DNA of 64,000 nt from Ignavibacteriales bacterium (GTDB lineage: Bacteria > Bacteroidota > Ignavibacteria > UBA10030 > UBA6906), in NCBI GenBank assembly GCA_037441705.1, contig JBBIRR010000001.1, positions 256,001 to 320,000 of the forward strand. Reading direction: 5' to 3'. The translations under genes were made by a program, and so were the position numbers. This document shows, piece by piece, positions 22,303-32,364 of the stretch. The first letter of the stretch is position 1, and every line of letters starts with the position of its first letter. The notes under the pieces were generated by a model. That model had not been told where the DNA came from. It searched no databases and was given only the letters and a program-made list of their open reading frames with translations.

Positions 22303-24231
22303 TCACTTGTAACTGCGCTGCGTCGGCTTCACGTATTCAAACACCAGCGGTTCCTTGTGCAGCTTCTCCGGGGTACCGACGCCTTTGAATTCCCATGCAG
22401 CGACGTAGGAGAATTTCGCGTCGTTGCGCTTCGCCTCGCCTTCCTCTGTCTGATATTCTTCGCGGAAGTGGCCGCCGCAGGACTCCTCACGATGCAGCGC
22501 GTCCACGCACATCAGTTCGGCAAGCTCCAGAAAGTCCGCAACGCGATGGGCCTTCTCCAGTTCCTGGTTGAAGGAATCGGCACTGCCGGGAATGAGAACG
22601 TTGCGCCAGAACTCTTCGCGCAGCCGGGGAATTTCCTCCAGAGCCTCCTTCAAGCCTGCTGCGTTGCGCGCCATGCCGCACTTGTTCCACATGATCTTTC
22701 CGAGCTGCTTGTGGATTTCGTCAACCGGTTTTTTCCCACGTACATTCATCAGCTTCTCGGTCATCGCCGTCAGTTCGCGTTCGGCATCGCGGAACGCCGC
22801 GTGGTTCGCGTCCACTTTCGGGAACGTGTTCGACGCAAGATAATCGCCGATGGTGTACGGAATGATGAAGTAGCCGTCGGCGAGTCCCTGCATCAGTGCG
22901 CTGGCGCCGAGCCTGTTGGCACCGTGGTCGGAGAAGTTCGCCTCCCCGAGAACGAACAATCCGGGGATCGTACTCATCAGATTGTAATCAACCCATAGGC
23001 CACCCATCGTGTAATGCACCGCCGGGTAAATGCGCATGGGCTGCTCGTAGGCATTCTCGCCCGTGATTTGCTGGTACATATCGAACAGATTGCCGTATTT
23101 TTCCACCACCCACTGCTTGCCCAGCCGTTTGATCGTATCGGCAAAATCCAGATACACGGCCAGACCCGTGGGTCCGACGCCGTGCCCTTTGTCGCACATT
23201 TCTTTTGCGCGACGCGACGCGACGTCACGCGGAACAAGATTGCCGAACGACGGATACAGCCGCTCGAGGTAGTAATCCCGTTCATTTTCAGGAATATCGT
23301 TCGGATGGCGCTTATCGCCCGGCTTCTTCGGCACCCAGATACGGCCGTCGTTGCGCAGACTTTCACTCATGAGCGTGAGCTTCGACTGATGCTCGCTCGA
23401 CACCGGAATGCACGTCGGATGAATTTGTGTGAAGCAGGGGTTGCCGAAGAACGCGCCCCGCTTGTGTGCGCGCCAGGTCGCCGTCGCGTTGCACATCATG
23501 GCGTTCGTCGAGAGGAAAAACACATTGCCGTACCCGCCCGTCGCAAGAATCACCGCGTCGCCGACAAACGATTCGAACTTTCCGTTGATCATATTGCGGG
23601 CGATGATGCCGCGCGCCTTCCCATCAATCACCACCAGATCGAGCATCTCGCGACGCTCGTAGAACTTCACGTTGCCAAGCCCGATCTGGCGGCACAGGGC
23701 GGAGTAGGCTCCGAGCAGCAACTGCTGGCCCGTTTGGCCGCGGGCGTAAAACGTTCGCGAGACCTGCGCGCCGCCGAACGAGCGGTTGTCCAACAGCCCG
23801 CCGTACTCCCGCGCAAACGGCACGCCCTGCGCTACACACTGGTCAATAATGTTGTTGCTGACCTGTGCAAGGCGATAGACGTTGGCTTCCCGCGCTCGGT
23901 AATCTCCCCCTTTCACCGTGTCGTAGAAGAGCCGCCAGATGCTGTCGCCATCGTTGGGATAATTTTTCGGAGCGTTGATGCCTCCTTGCGCAGCAATGCT
24001 GTGCGCACGCCGCGGGGACTCGTGATAGCAGAGCGCGGTGACGTTGTAGCCCAACTCGGCAAGCGACGCGGCGGCGGACGATCCGGCCAGCCCCGTCCCC
24101 ACCACGATGATGTGATACTTCCGCTTGTTCGCCGGATTCACCAGCTTCAGATTGAACCGATGATTGTCCCACTTCTGCTGGATGGGACCTTCAGGGATTT
24201 TCGAATTCAGTGTCATAGCAACTCGTTCCAT
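22303..24231 (-). CDS. sdhA: Succinate dehydrogenase/fumarate reductase flavoprotein
   Basis: [26 protein letters not shown] and HGANRLG motifs. Confidence 0.96.
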   Translation of the reverse strand: MERVAMTLNSKIPEGPIQQKWDNHRFNLKLVNPANKRKYHIIVVGTGLAGSSAAASLAELGYNVTALCYHESPRRAHSIAAQGGINAPKNYPNDGDSIWRLFYDTVKGGDYRAREANVYRLAQVSNNIIDQCVAQGVPFAREYGGLLDNRSFGGAQVSRTFYARGQTGQQLLLGAYSALCRQIGLGNVKFYERREMLDLVVIDGKARGIIARNMINGKFESFVGDAVILATGGYGNVFFLSTNAMMCNATATWRAHKRGAFFGNPCFTQIHPTCIPVSSEHQSKLTLMSESLRNDGRIWVPKKPGDKRHPNDIPENERDYYLERLYPSFGNLVPRDVASRRAKEMCDKGHGVGPTGLAVYLDFADTIKRLGKQWVVEKYGNLFDMYQQITGENAYEQPMRIYPAVHYTMGGLWVDYNLMSTIPGLFVLGEANFSDHGANRLGASALMQGLADGYFIIPYTIGDYLASNTFPKVDANHAAFRDAERELTAMTEKLMNVRGKKPVDEIHKQLGKIMWNKCGMARNAAGLKEALEEIPRLREEFWRNVLIPGSADSFNQELEKAHRVADFLELAELMCVDALHREESCGGHFREEYQTEEGEAKRNDAKFSYVAAWEFKGVGTPEKLHKEPLVFEYVKPTQRSYK

Positions 24232-24888
24232 TTAGAATGCAAAAAGAAAGTAGAGAGGAATGATGGCGAATGCGACGGGAATGATGAGCCAGAACACGAC
24301 GCCGATGGCATGAATGAGCTTCTGAAATTTCCCGACACGAAGTCCCAGCGTTTGAAACGCCGACTGGAATCCGTGTTTCAAGTGAAGGGCAAGAAACACC
24401 AACGACACCATGTAGAACGCCACGTAGCCCGGCCGAGCAAACGCTTCCTTGATCAGTTCAATCATGGGGCGATGGTCGAAGAAGCGCGATTGGACAAAGA
24501 AGGTATTGACATGGACGACGAGGAAAACGCCGACAAGGATGCCCGTGAACCAGACAAAACGCGACGTCCACGTGCTATTCTCCCGCGCGCGATTCACTTC
24601 GTAGCCAATCGGACGCCTGCGGCGGTTCAGCAGTTCCAAATACAATCCCAACACGGCGTGCACCAGGAAGCCGGCAAACAACAGCCACTCCAACGGCCGA
24701 ATGAGCGGATGGGTTGCCATGAAGTGTGCGTAGGTGTCGAACTCCGCACCTCCGTCGCTTTTGACCTGCAGCGCAAACAAATTGATTGTAAGATGAAGAA
24801 CAAGAAAACTACACAGGAACAGCCCCGACAGCGACATCACCACTTTCCTGCCGACCGATGATTGAAGAAACTTCGCGGTTTTACCCAT
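24232..24888 (-). CDS. sdhC: Succinate dehydrogenase cytochrome b subunit
   Basis: SSVGRK-MS-SG, four heme-ligand His, HG-SAFQTLG. Confidence 0.92.
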   Translation of the reverse strand: MGKTAKFLQSSVGRKVVMSLSGLFLCSFLVLHLTINLFALQVKSDGGAEFDTYAHFMATHPLIRPLEWLLFAGFLVHAVLGLYLELLNRRRRPIGYEVNRARENSTWTSRFVWFTGILVGVFLVVHVNTFFVQSRFFDHRPMIELIKEAFARPGYVAFYMVSLVFLALHLKHGFQSAFQTLGLRVGKFQKLIHAIGVVFWLIIPVAFAIIPLYFLFAF

Positions 24889-25184
24889 TGAGTATTCTTC
24901 CTACAATAATGGAATTTCTTCTGGATTCGTTGTGGATTAGATCTGCCGGTCCGCGGTGTGCGCGAACAGTATGTGCAGATGACATGGTAAGAACTGGTGA
25001 GCTAAGAAACTACAACAAGATAAGAAGGAACCGGAAATATTGCAAGGTCACGATTGAATCAGACAGGAAGCGGTGCCGCGGTCAGCCGGAGCAAGGCAAC
25101 CCTTTGCATGTCAGCGACGCCGCGCGGAGTTTTTGTCTCTTGCCTATGACCCGTGATCTGTTCGGCGGAACGATGAGCGAAGTG

Positions 25185-25712
25185 TCAGGCTCCGGTCGTG
25201 AGTAGTTCGGCGATTGCCTTAACCGTATTCCAGTTGCGCGTCGTAACCGGCACCCCGAAGAGGCGGTCGATCATTCCTAAATAGCCGATCGTTTTCATGT
25301 GACGCCGATACATGCCGAAGATGAACCGATCCTTTCTGGCGACGATCGTTACCAGCCACCGGCCGTTGGACGGAAACGTGATGGGCATCGCGGGCTTCAG
25401 GCGGGGACGCTGCACGAGGACACTCACAAAGTGAACAGTTCCCCGCCCAGCTCTCAGATCGCCAAAAGGATTTTGCGTCATCAGCCTGAGAATCTCCCTG
25501 CCCTGGCAGATGACAATGCACGCATCAAAGGGCAGTCTGCGTGTAACCTCGGCACGGAGTCGTGCTCTGCTCACGGACTTGCGAACGACGAATGTACCCG
25601 CCGCGCGCATGTTGACGGCGTCGAATTGTTTGAGCTGTTCCGCGAGAAGCGTAGGTCGGAAGGTCTTGTGACCGCCCACGTTAACGCCTCGAATGAAAAC
25701 CACAAGTGCCAA
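25185..25712 (-). CDS. DUF1697 family protein
   Basis: RGVNVGG...G-FV...TTRNWNT. TTG start at 25712 has an AAGGA SD; the ORF-track start (25790) is probably too long. Confidence 0.8.
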   Translation of the reverse strand: MALVVFIRGVNVGGHKTFRPTLLAEQLKQFDAVNMRAAGTFVVRKSVSRARLRAEVTRRLPFDACIVICQGREILRLMTQNPFGDLRAGRGTVHFVSVLVQRPRLKPAMPITFPSNGRWLVTIVARKDRFIFGMYRRHMKTIGYLGMIDRLFGVPVTTRNWNTVKAIAELLTTGA

Positions 25713-25861
25713 GGGTGTCCTTCTGTTGATGCATTGAGCATTCTCCCAACAGTCCCTCACAGATGCAGCACCGCAAGGGCAGCATAACACTGCGAGAAGC
25801 TACTACCTTCAATTCACAAACGCAAGGACCGTAGATGAGGCACGGAGGACGGGAAACGACG

Positions 25862-25893
25862 AAGCCCCGACGACCTCAGAGGTGTCGGGGCTT
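25862..25893. terminator. Hairpin, possible terminator downstream of the lipoprotein gene
   Basis: AAGCCCCGAC-N12-GTCGGGGCTT perfect 10-bp stem; weak U tract. Confidence 0.5.
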
Positions 25894-25979
25894 GGTGGAA
25901 AGGATTCGAGCTCTCCGCAGCATTACGAGCAGCGATGAGAGCGCGTCTGCGTTCATCCTTTCAACGTCGTGAAGAAAAA

Positions 25980-26516
25980 CTAAAAGCCTCCGTATCCCGG
26001 TGCGCGCGCATGAACGTCCCAGAAGTGTTCATTGCCAACCGTGCCCTGAGAGAAGATCACTTCGAACTGTCCCCAGATGGGGTAGCCGCCCTCTCTCCAG
26101 CACGGACTTTGTTCCAGTTCCGGCCCAACCCACACAATTTTATAGTGCCACACTTCACCGCTACCACCCGGAACTTGACCGTTCCAGTGGTTGTCGGTCC
26201 ATGCATCACACGTCCACGGCTGCCCGTTGAATCGTGCTTCGTCCCATGCGTTTGACCACTTCATGACAAGGTGGTCATTCGCATACGTCGGATCTCCCCA
26301 GACCGCGTTGTCCAGGTTGCGGTCAACACCATCGGCTCTGCCGACGAATATCTTCGCTGCATAGTTGTATCCGAATTCATCGAAGCCGTTCTTTGCCAGA
26401 GCCAAAGCATCATTTCGTTGAGTCGCTTCTGGCGTGGTTGCCATCTGATCATGGCACCCCACAATAGAAAGCAGAATGACAAGCAACAGAGAAAGTACAG
26501 CCAAAGTTTTTTGCAT
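25980..26516 (-). CDS. Hypothetical Trp/Gly-rich lipoprotein
   Basis: AGGAGG SD and LSIVGC lipobox. Confidence 0.75.
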   Translation of the reverse strand: MQKTLAVLSLLLVILLSIVGCHDQMATTPEATQRNDALALAKNGFDEFGYNYAAKIFVGRADGVDRNLDNAVWGDPTYANDHLVMKWSNAWDEARFNGQPWTCDAWTDNHWNGQVPGGSGEVWHYKIVWVGPELEQSPCWREGGYPIWGQFEVIFSQGTVGNEHFWDVHARAPGYGGF

Positions 26517-27060
26517 GATACCTCCTGTTGTATGGTGGTTGTTTGATTGCGCCCCGTAAACAGGGCGTGGAATGTATAAATCTCTGATACGCGAAAGTAA
26601 AACCTCCGATTCGCAAAGCGTCCCAAGCGCTGTTTGCCGATCAGCGTTGGGAGAAGCGAATCATACAAGCATTGTTTAAGTCTATGAGAGGCCCCGCTTG
26701 ACCTTCAAGGCGTCAGTGGCGGTTGAGAAGAAATGATTATGCAGAAGAACAGTTCGAGAGGGTTGAGGTTTCCCCTGACCCGGCATCACGTACCACATAT
26801 ATAGCAGCATTTGGGCCTTGCTGCAGAAAAACACCGCAAAGCGGGTCGCTTGGCGAAAAGCGCTATCAGATCATCTTGGGAGAAATATACAACAAAGCAC
26901 GCAGCAGCGTCAACTGTGTGTGCCACTTTCCGCTATTCGTAGGAATTCATCACGCGGACCTGACGAACGCCAAGCCTAAGGAAGCAGCTGAGCGTACACA
27001 TGTTGAGATCGAGCACATGCACTCCGGGCACGCGTACTTTACGGAGTGCAGCAACGACGC

Positions 27061-29118
27061 TTAACCACGTTGTGACCTCCAGAAATCATACACAGCGTAC
27101 TGAGAACGTAGAGGAGGCTGACGATCCACTGTCCTGATTCGATTCTCCAACTTCTTGGTGATGACTCGAGCCTTTACGGTATCGCTCCACTGAAGTTCAA
27201 GAATCCTGAGAATCTTCTCGCGGAGTGTGGGATCGTAGATGGGGAAGGCGGTTTCTATTCTTCGATCGAGATTCCTCCGCATCCAATCGGCGGACGAGAG
27301 ATACACCAGCGGCTCGCCGCCGTTGCAAAAGACAAACGCCCGTGCATGTTCGAGAAACCGATCCACGATGCTGACAACTTCGATGTTCTCACTCATGCGT
27401 TTGAGACCGGGGATGAGACAGCAGATGCCGCGAACAATCAGTCGAATCTGTACCCCGTCGCAGCTTGCCGCATACAGTTTCTGGATGATGCCGGGGTCCT
27501 CGAGAGCATTCATCTTCGCGAGGATATAGGCTTCACGTCCTTTGCGTGCTTGCTTCGCTTCTCGCTCAATCAATAATTCCAGTCGCTCGCGCATGGTAAA
27601 AGGCGCCACGAGTAAATGGTCGAAGTGCCCCTTCTTCCGATTCCGACACAGAATGCCGAAGACTGCTCGGACTTCGGTGGTAAGCCGCTCATCGGCGGTA
27701 AAGAAGCCGAAATCCGTGTAAAGCGCCGCAGCGTTCTCGTTGAAATTGCCGGTGGCGAGATACGCATAGAATCTCGGCGCGTCTTTCTCCACGCGTTCAA
27801 CGAGACAGAGTTTGGTATGAACTTTCATGTTGGGCAGACTGTAGTGCACGCGTGCACCGGCCTTCTCCAGCTCTTCCGCCCAGAAAATGTTCGACTCCTC
27901 GTCGAACCGGGCTTTCACTTCAACGAATGCGGTCACCTCTTTCCCCTGCCGCGCCGCGCGCAGAAGCTGTTCCACAACGTTCGAATTCCGCGCAACACGA
28001 TATAACGTGATGTTGATCGAACGAACCGCAGGATCGTCCGCCGCCTCGCGCAGAAAGCGCAGCACGCCATCGTATGCGTGATACGGATAGTGGGCCAGGA
28101 CGTCCCGTGCACGAATGTCCTCGAACACACTCCCATCGCCTGTGTACACCGGCAGCGGTACCATCGGCTCATAGATGAGCGCGGGCGCTTTGGGGTTGGG
28201 AAGCGTGAAGAGATCGTTGAAGTTATGGTAGCGGCTGCCCGGCACCAGATCATCCTCAGCAAGCTGAAAATGCTTCTGCAGAAATTGCAGCATTCTCTTC
28301 GGCATGTCCGTATCGTAGAGGAACCGCGACGGGGGACCTTCGCTTCGTTTCTTCAGGGCCTTCTTCACCTTCTGGAGCAGGTCGCCGCTGAACTCGTCGC
28401 CAAGCTCCAGCTCCGCGTCTCGCGTCAGCTTCACGGCGTACGCGCCGAGCACGTCGTGTTGCGGGAATACATCGTGCAAGCAAAGGCGAATAACATCATC
28501 CAGAAACACAACATAATGCCGGCCGTCCTCAGAAGGCAGAAGATGGAATCGCGGCGTCAGCGTGGAGGGAATCTCTACCAACACATACTGCTCGCCTTCC
28601 TTTTTCGTTTCGGCGGATGGGCGGCGAAGATGGACAACAAGATATAAAGCGCGATTGTGAAGGAACGGCGGCTGCTTGTCATCGCTGAGAAAGACGGGGG
28701 AGAGAAGGGAAAGAATGTGCTCACGGAAGTAGTTGCGCAGATATGCTTTCTGGTGCTCGGTCAGCTCATGCTCGCGCACAAGAAAGATACCTTGCCGGGC
28801 GAGATCTTTCTTTACCCTGTTGCGAAAAATATCGCCGAACTCCTCTTGCTGCAGCCATACGGCTTTCAGCAACCGCTTCAGCAGCTTGTCGGGTGCGATG
28901 TCCAGTTGCTTCTGGGTCTTCTTCTTCAGGCGGTTGAGGGCACGCAGCGATGCAACACGCACGCGAAAGAACTCGTCGAGATTGGACGACCAGATGGCGA
29001 GAAACTTGATCCTCTCGTACAGGGGCACAGTCGGGTCCGCCGCCTCCTGTAACACGCGATGATTGAAGGCAAGCCAGGAGAGATCTCGGTTCTTGAGGCG
29101 AACGTTATCCGCATTCAT
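27061..29118 (-). CDS. ppk1: Polyphosphate kinase 1
   Basis: NRDLSWLAFNHRVL, SNLDEFF, KARFDE, KVHTK and DRFLEH motifs. Confidence 0.96.
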   Translation of the reverse strand: MNADNVRLKNRDLSWLAFNHRVLQEAADPTVPLYERIKFLAIWSSNLDEFFRVRVASLRALNRLKKKTQKQLDIAPDKLLKRLLKAVWLQQEEFGDIFRNRVKKDLARQGIFLVREHELTEHQKAYLRNYFREHILSLLSPVFLSDDKQPPFLHNRALYLVVHLRRPSAETKKEGEQYVLVEIPSTLTPRFHLLPSEDGRHYVVFLDDVIRLCLHDVFPQHDVLGAYAVKLTRDAELELGDEFSGDLLQKVKKALKKRSEGPPSRFLYDTDMPKRMLQFLQKHFQLAEDDLVPGSRYHNFNDLFTLPNPKAPALIYEPMVPLPVYTGDGSVFEDIRARDVLAHYPYHAYDGVLRFLREAADDPAVRSINITLYRVARNSNVVEQLLRAARQGKEVTAFVEVKARFDEESNIFWAEELEKAGARVHYSLPNMKVHTKLCLVERVEKDAPRFYAYLATGNFNENAAALYTDFGFFTADERLTTEVRAVFGILCRNRKKGHFDHLLVAPFTMRERLELLIEREAKQARKGREAYILAKMNALEDPGIIQKLYAASCDGVQIRLIVRGICCLIPGLKRMSENIEVVSIVDRFLEHARAFVFCNGGEPLVYLSSADWMRRNLDRRIETAFPIYDPTLREKILRILELQWSDTVKARVITKKLENRIRTVDRQPPLRSQYAVYDFWRSQRG

Positions 29119-29138
29119 CGCTCGTTGCTCCTTTCGGT

Positions 29139-29816
29139 TCAGCGATCAAGGAGAAGGTGCTCGTGTTCTCCATGCAGCTTCCGCAGCGCGAGACCCGGAT
29201 GCGCGAAGTAGCGTTGAAAATTCTTTTTGCGTTCCGGCCACTCGGTATCGATCATGGCAAACCATGCCGTGTCACGGTTCTCTCCTTTCACCACCATGTG
29301 CTGCCGGAAAAGGCCTTCGCAGGAAAAGCCTAAGCGCAGCGCTGCGTACTTGCTCGGCTCATTGCGGTTATCACACTTCCATTCCACTCTGCGGTATTGA
29401 AGGGCATCGAAAAGATACGAAAGAAAGAGGTATGTCGCCTCCGTGTTCACGATCGTTTTTTGCACAAGCGGGCTGTACCAGATGTTGCCTAATTCGGCGC
29501 GTCCGTGCCGTGTGCTCACATTCATGATGGCGTACATCCCCACGCATCGCCTGTGATCTTTGCTGACGATGGTAAAGAACAACGGATCGCGACTGACGAC
29601 GCAGGAGCACAGCCACGTGTGCATTTCCTCTTTGCTGGCGAATGGCCCGTAGGACATGAATCGCCACAATTCTCTGTACTGCTCGGTTGCGTGGGAGAGT
29701 TCGTACAGATCATCAACGTCTGCGTCGGGATTCAATCGTCGTGCGAGCACGTGCTTGCCCTCGAGGCGTTCGACGTCGGGTGCCGGCCATTCCGTCCGCG
29801 AGATGATCGTGCCCAT
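29139..29816 (-). CDS. GNAT (RimJ/RimL-like) N-acetyltransferase
   Basis: YRRVEWKCD-N-S--AALRLGF-EG-FR and GENRDTAWF motifs. Confidence 0.88.
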   Translation of the reverse strand: MGTIISRTEWPAPDVERLEGKHVLARRLNPDADVDDLYELSHATEQYRELWRFMSYGPFASKEEMHTWLCSCVVSRDPLFFTIVSKDHRRCVGMYAIMNVSTRHGRAELGNIWYSPLVQKTIVNTEATYLFLSYLFDALQYRRVEWKCDNRNEPSKYAALRLGFSCEGLFRQHMVVKGENRDTAWFAMIDTEWPERKKNFQRYFAHPGLALRKLHGEHEHLLLDR

Positions 29817-29822
29817 CGTGCC

Positions 29823-30962
29823 TCACTCCACACAAAAACCTATTGCACGAAACATCTGCGCCGCGGTTGCCTCCAATCCGTTTCCATCAACAACGTAGTG
29901 ATGAAACTCCCAGCGTACCGGGTAGCCCGAGCGCAGGCGGCGAAAGTAATCCGCTCGCTGCTCCGCGGGAAGCGTGATACTCTTTCGCAGTGCCTCGTCG
30001 TCCCTGAGGATATTATAGCAAGCATGCACAGCGCTGCGGAGCAGTTTTTCCGGATCGCGCTCGCCGGCAGGCAAGACAATCGGAAGTTTCGATGGCCTCC
30101 TTTCCGATGCAGGAAGATCAGGGCGGACACCGCAGAACATCCCCAGTGCCTCCTGCAGCATGCGCGTTGCATTGAGTTTGCCATCGTGCGAGTATCCCGC
30201 GATATGCGGCGTGGCGATGGCCGCCTGCTCGAGCAACTCGATGTCAATTGCCGGCTCGTTCTCCCACACATCGAGCACACATGCATCCAGACGGCGCGAC
30301 CGGAGGGCGTGTTTGAGGGCGAGCGTATCAACAACCGCCCCGCGCGATGTATTGATAAGAATCGCTCCACGTTTCATTGCCGCGAGCCGACGTTCGTCGA
30401 AAAGATGAAACGTTGCGTCCTGCCCCACGTGCGTGAGCGGCACATGCAGCGACACGATGTCCGCCTCCATCAACGCGTCCAGCGGCAGATAGCGAGGATC
30501 GCCCGTTTGTCGCGCTAACGGCGGATCATTGAGCAGAACGCGCATGCCGACCGCTTCCGCTTTCCGCGCCGTACGACTCCCCGTGTTGCCGTGTCCGACG
30601 ATGCCGAGCGTCTTCCCGCGAAGAGCAAAGCCTCGCACCGCAGCAAGCTCCAGCAATGCAGCAAGGACATATTCTGCGACGGAGTTGGCATTACTCCCCG
30701 GACAGCTCGCAAAGGCGATGCCCTGCCGCTTCAAGTAAGCGAGATCAACATGATCGGTGCCGATGGTGGCTGTGCCGACGAAACGGACGCGCGTTCCATC
30801 GAGCAGAGCCGCGTCCACCTTCGTCTCGGAGCGGATCAGGATTGCATCGGCGTCTTTGATCCGCTCTCGCGTTAGCTGCATCGTGGGGACAACCTGAACA
30901 TCGCCGAAGCAATGAAACGCCTCTATGGCATGAGGAATCTTACTATCAGCAACAATGTGCAT
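29823..30962 (-). CDS. pdxB: Erythronate-4-phosphate dehydrogenase
   Basis: TATIGTDH, PGSNANSVAEY, HVPLT and TPHIAGYS motifs. Confidence 0.88.
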   Translation of the reverse strand: MHIVADSKIPHAIEAFHCFGDVQVVPTMQLTRERIKDADAILIRSETKVDAALLDGTRVRFVGTATIGTDHVDLAYLKRQGIAFASCPGSNANSVAEYVLAALLELAAVRGFALRGKTLGIVGHGNTGSRTARKAEAVGMRVLLNDPPLARQTGDPRYLPLDALMEADIVSLHVPLTHVGQDATFHLFDERRLAAMKRGAILINTSRGAVVDTLALKHALRSRRLDACVLDVWENEPAIDIELLEQAAIATPHIAGYSHDGKLNATRMLQEALGMFCGVRPDLPASERRPSKLPIVLPAGERDPEKLLRSAVHACYNILRDDEALRKSITLPAEQRADYFRRLRSGYPVRWEFHHYVVDGNGLEATAAQMFRAIGFCVE

Positions 30963-31047
30963 GGAAGAGGAAGATGCGTGGTTTCCCTCAATGATACAGG
31001 ATTCCTAAACTTCCCGCAAGAAAGGATGGTGAACCGAAGAGGAAACA

Positions 31048-31077
31048 GGAAGGCCCGGCAAGTAATCCGAGCCTTCC
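31048..31077 (-). terminator. Intrinsic terminator after the small peptide gene
   Basis: GGAAGGCTCGG...CCGGGCCTTCC followed by TGTTTCCTCTT on the minus strand. Confidence 0.6.
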
Positions 31078-31086
31078 TTCGGTAGG

Positions 31087-31236
31087 TTACTTACAGCAAG
31101 ATGGATACTGAGGACAAAGTGGCGTTCCGATCAACGGACACGCCTCCGCGCTCGATCGTATGCTTGCACCGGGGAATGTCATCGCACTCAGTGTGAGAAT
31201 GACTGCTCCGAATAACACGGCAGCTCCGCGCTTCAT
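31087..31236 (-). CDS. 49-aa secreted cysteine-rich peptide (below the ORF-track cutoff)
   Basis: SD AAAGGAGGTGA; MKRGAAVLFGAVILTLSAMTFPGASIRSSAEACPLIGTPLCPQYPSCCK*; terminator immediately downstream. Confidence 0.75.
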   Translation of the reverse strand: MKRGAAVLFGAVILTLSAMTFPGASIRSSAEACPLIGTPLCPQYPSCCK

Positions 31237-31399
31237 TCGTATTCACCTCCTTTCTCTTCACGTTGGTTGACTGCATTCAGCGAATTACGTAACCATGCAA
31301 GCTCATCAATCAGCTCTTTCAAACCCAAGGTGGAGAATTCATGTCGGAGGAACTGTAAGCGTTCCGCATCATCGCAGTCGCCCGGACAAACGGCCAGCC

Positions 31400-31590
31400 G
31401 CTCTGCCAGTCCCAGACAAACGCCGACGATCAACATGATGAACCACCACGTTTGCCAGAAGGGCGGGTTGATCGTGAACGACAGCGAAGCGGGCTGCGGA
31501 CTGTGAATCCCGGCCGCATTGAGAGAGACTACCTCGAACGTATACGAAACCGAGTGCAGCGCGGGAAAAGCTACAACGCGGTTACTAGCA
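31400..31590 (-). pseudogene. Remnant of a Y_Y_Y domain plus TM helix from a beta-propeller sensor kinase (approximate bounds)
   Basis: YTFEVVSLNAAG...FTINPPFWQTWWF is the Y_Y_Y/TM junction signature; no propeller or kinase domain flanks it. Confidence 0.6.
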
Positions 31591-31788
31591 GCACGTGGAC
31601 AATCAATATGAGCGCTCGGTATTGCACGCGACAAGCCTTCTGAAGGAACGGGCTGAACTAACGATAGAAAATGCAAGGTGCATGGGCAAGCTGGACCGGC
31701 GCGGTACCGTTCCTGCTGTTTTATTAGGAATTTTCTTATACTGCGTCCAGACGTGATCATTACTTTGTCAAACCCAATGGGACACTCG

Positions 31789-32118
31789 ATGCCTCACCCT
31801 GTCAAAACCGTCACCGTTGAAGAGCTGAAGAGGATGATGGATGAGAAGAAAGATTTTCAGCTGATTGACGTGCGCGAGAAAGACGAAAAGGACTTCTCGG
31901 ATATCGGCGGTGAGTTGATTCCGATGGGCACCATTCTCGATCACGTCGCCGCGATTCGCAGAGACGTCCCGGTTGTGGTGTATTGTCGCAGCGGCAACCG
32001 CAGCGGAAGGGTAGTTTCGTTCCTTCAGGAGCAGTACGGGTATACCAACCTGTACAATCTCGCCGGGGGTATCTTAGCGTGGGCAGACCGAATTGACCCA
32101 CGCGTCAGGAAGTATTGA
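31789..32118 (+). CDS. Rhodanese-domain protein
   Basis: LIDVRE, YCRSGNRS and NLAGGI-AW motifs. Confidence 0.88.
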   Translation: MPHPVKTVTVEELKRMMDEKKDFQLIDVREKDEKDFSDIGGELIPMGTILDHVAAIRRDVPVVVYCRSGNRSGRVVSFLQEQYGYTNLYNLAGGILAWADRIDPRVRKY

Positions 32119-32364
32119 GGAGCGAAGTCCGCAGTAAGCCTTCCACCGCTCCACGTAGAAACGCCGCCCCGTTTTTCTTCCGCCGACACACTCGCGCATG
32201 CGGAACGCATGAAGCATGTGCCGTCCGCGCTACGCGAATTCCTTCCACAATGTGTCACACACACAGAATCTGTCGGGTGGCATAGGTGTTGCCGTTCCCC
32301 TTTTTCCCGCGATGCATCAGCGCGCGGGCAATCCACATCTTACAACCAATCAACGGGAGGGTGT

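Noticed and set aside
23014-24861. 615-aa plus-strand ORF
   Set aside because: Antisense shadow of sdhA/sdhC. The same applies to the many other long overlapping ORFs in the track.
26600-26790. Possible c-di-GMP or cobalamin riboswitch (GGCAAAC...GGGACGC; GCCACTG)
   Set aside because: Lacks the GAAA-loop P2 and GCAAA of c-di-GMP-I and the B12-box context; only isolated words match.
31233-31760. 175-aa ORF as a real gene, with ATGA overlap onto the peptide gene
   Set aside because: Only the middle resembles a protein domain and there is no good start; treated as a remnant, and the overlap may be chance.
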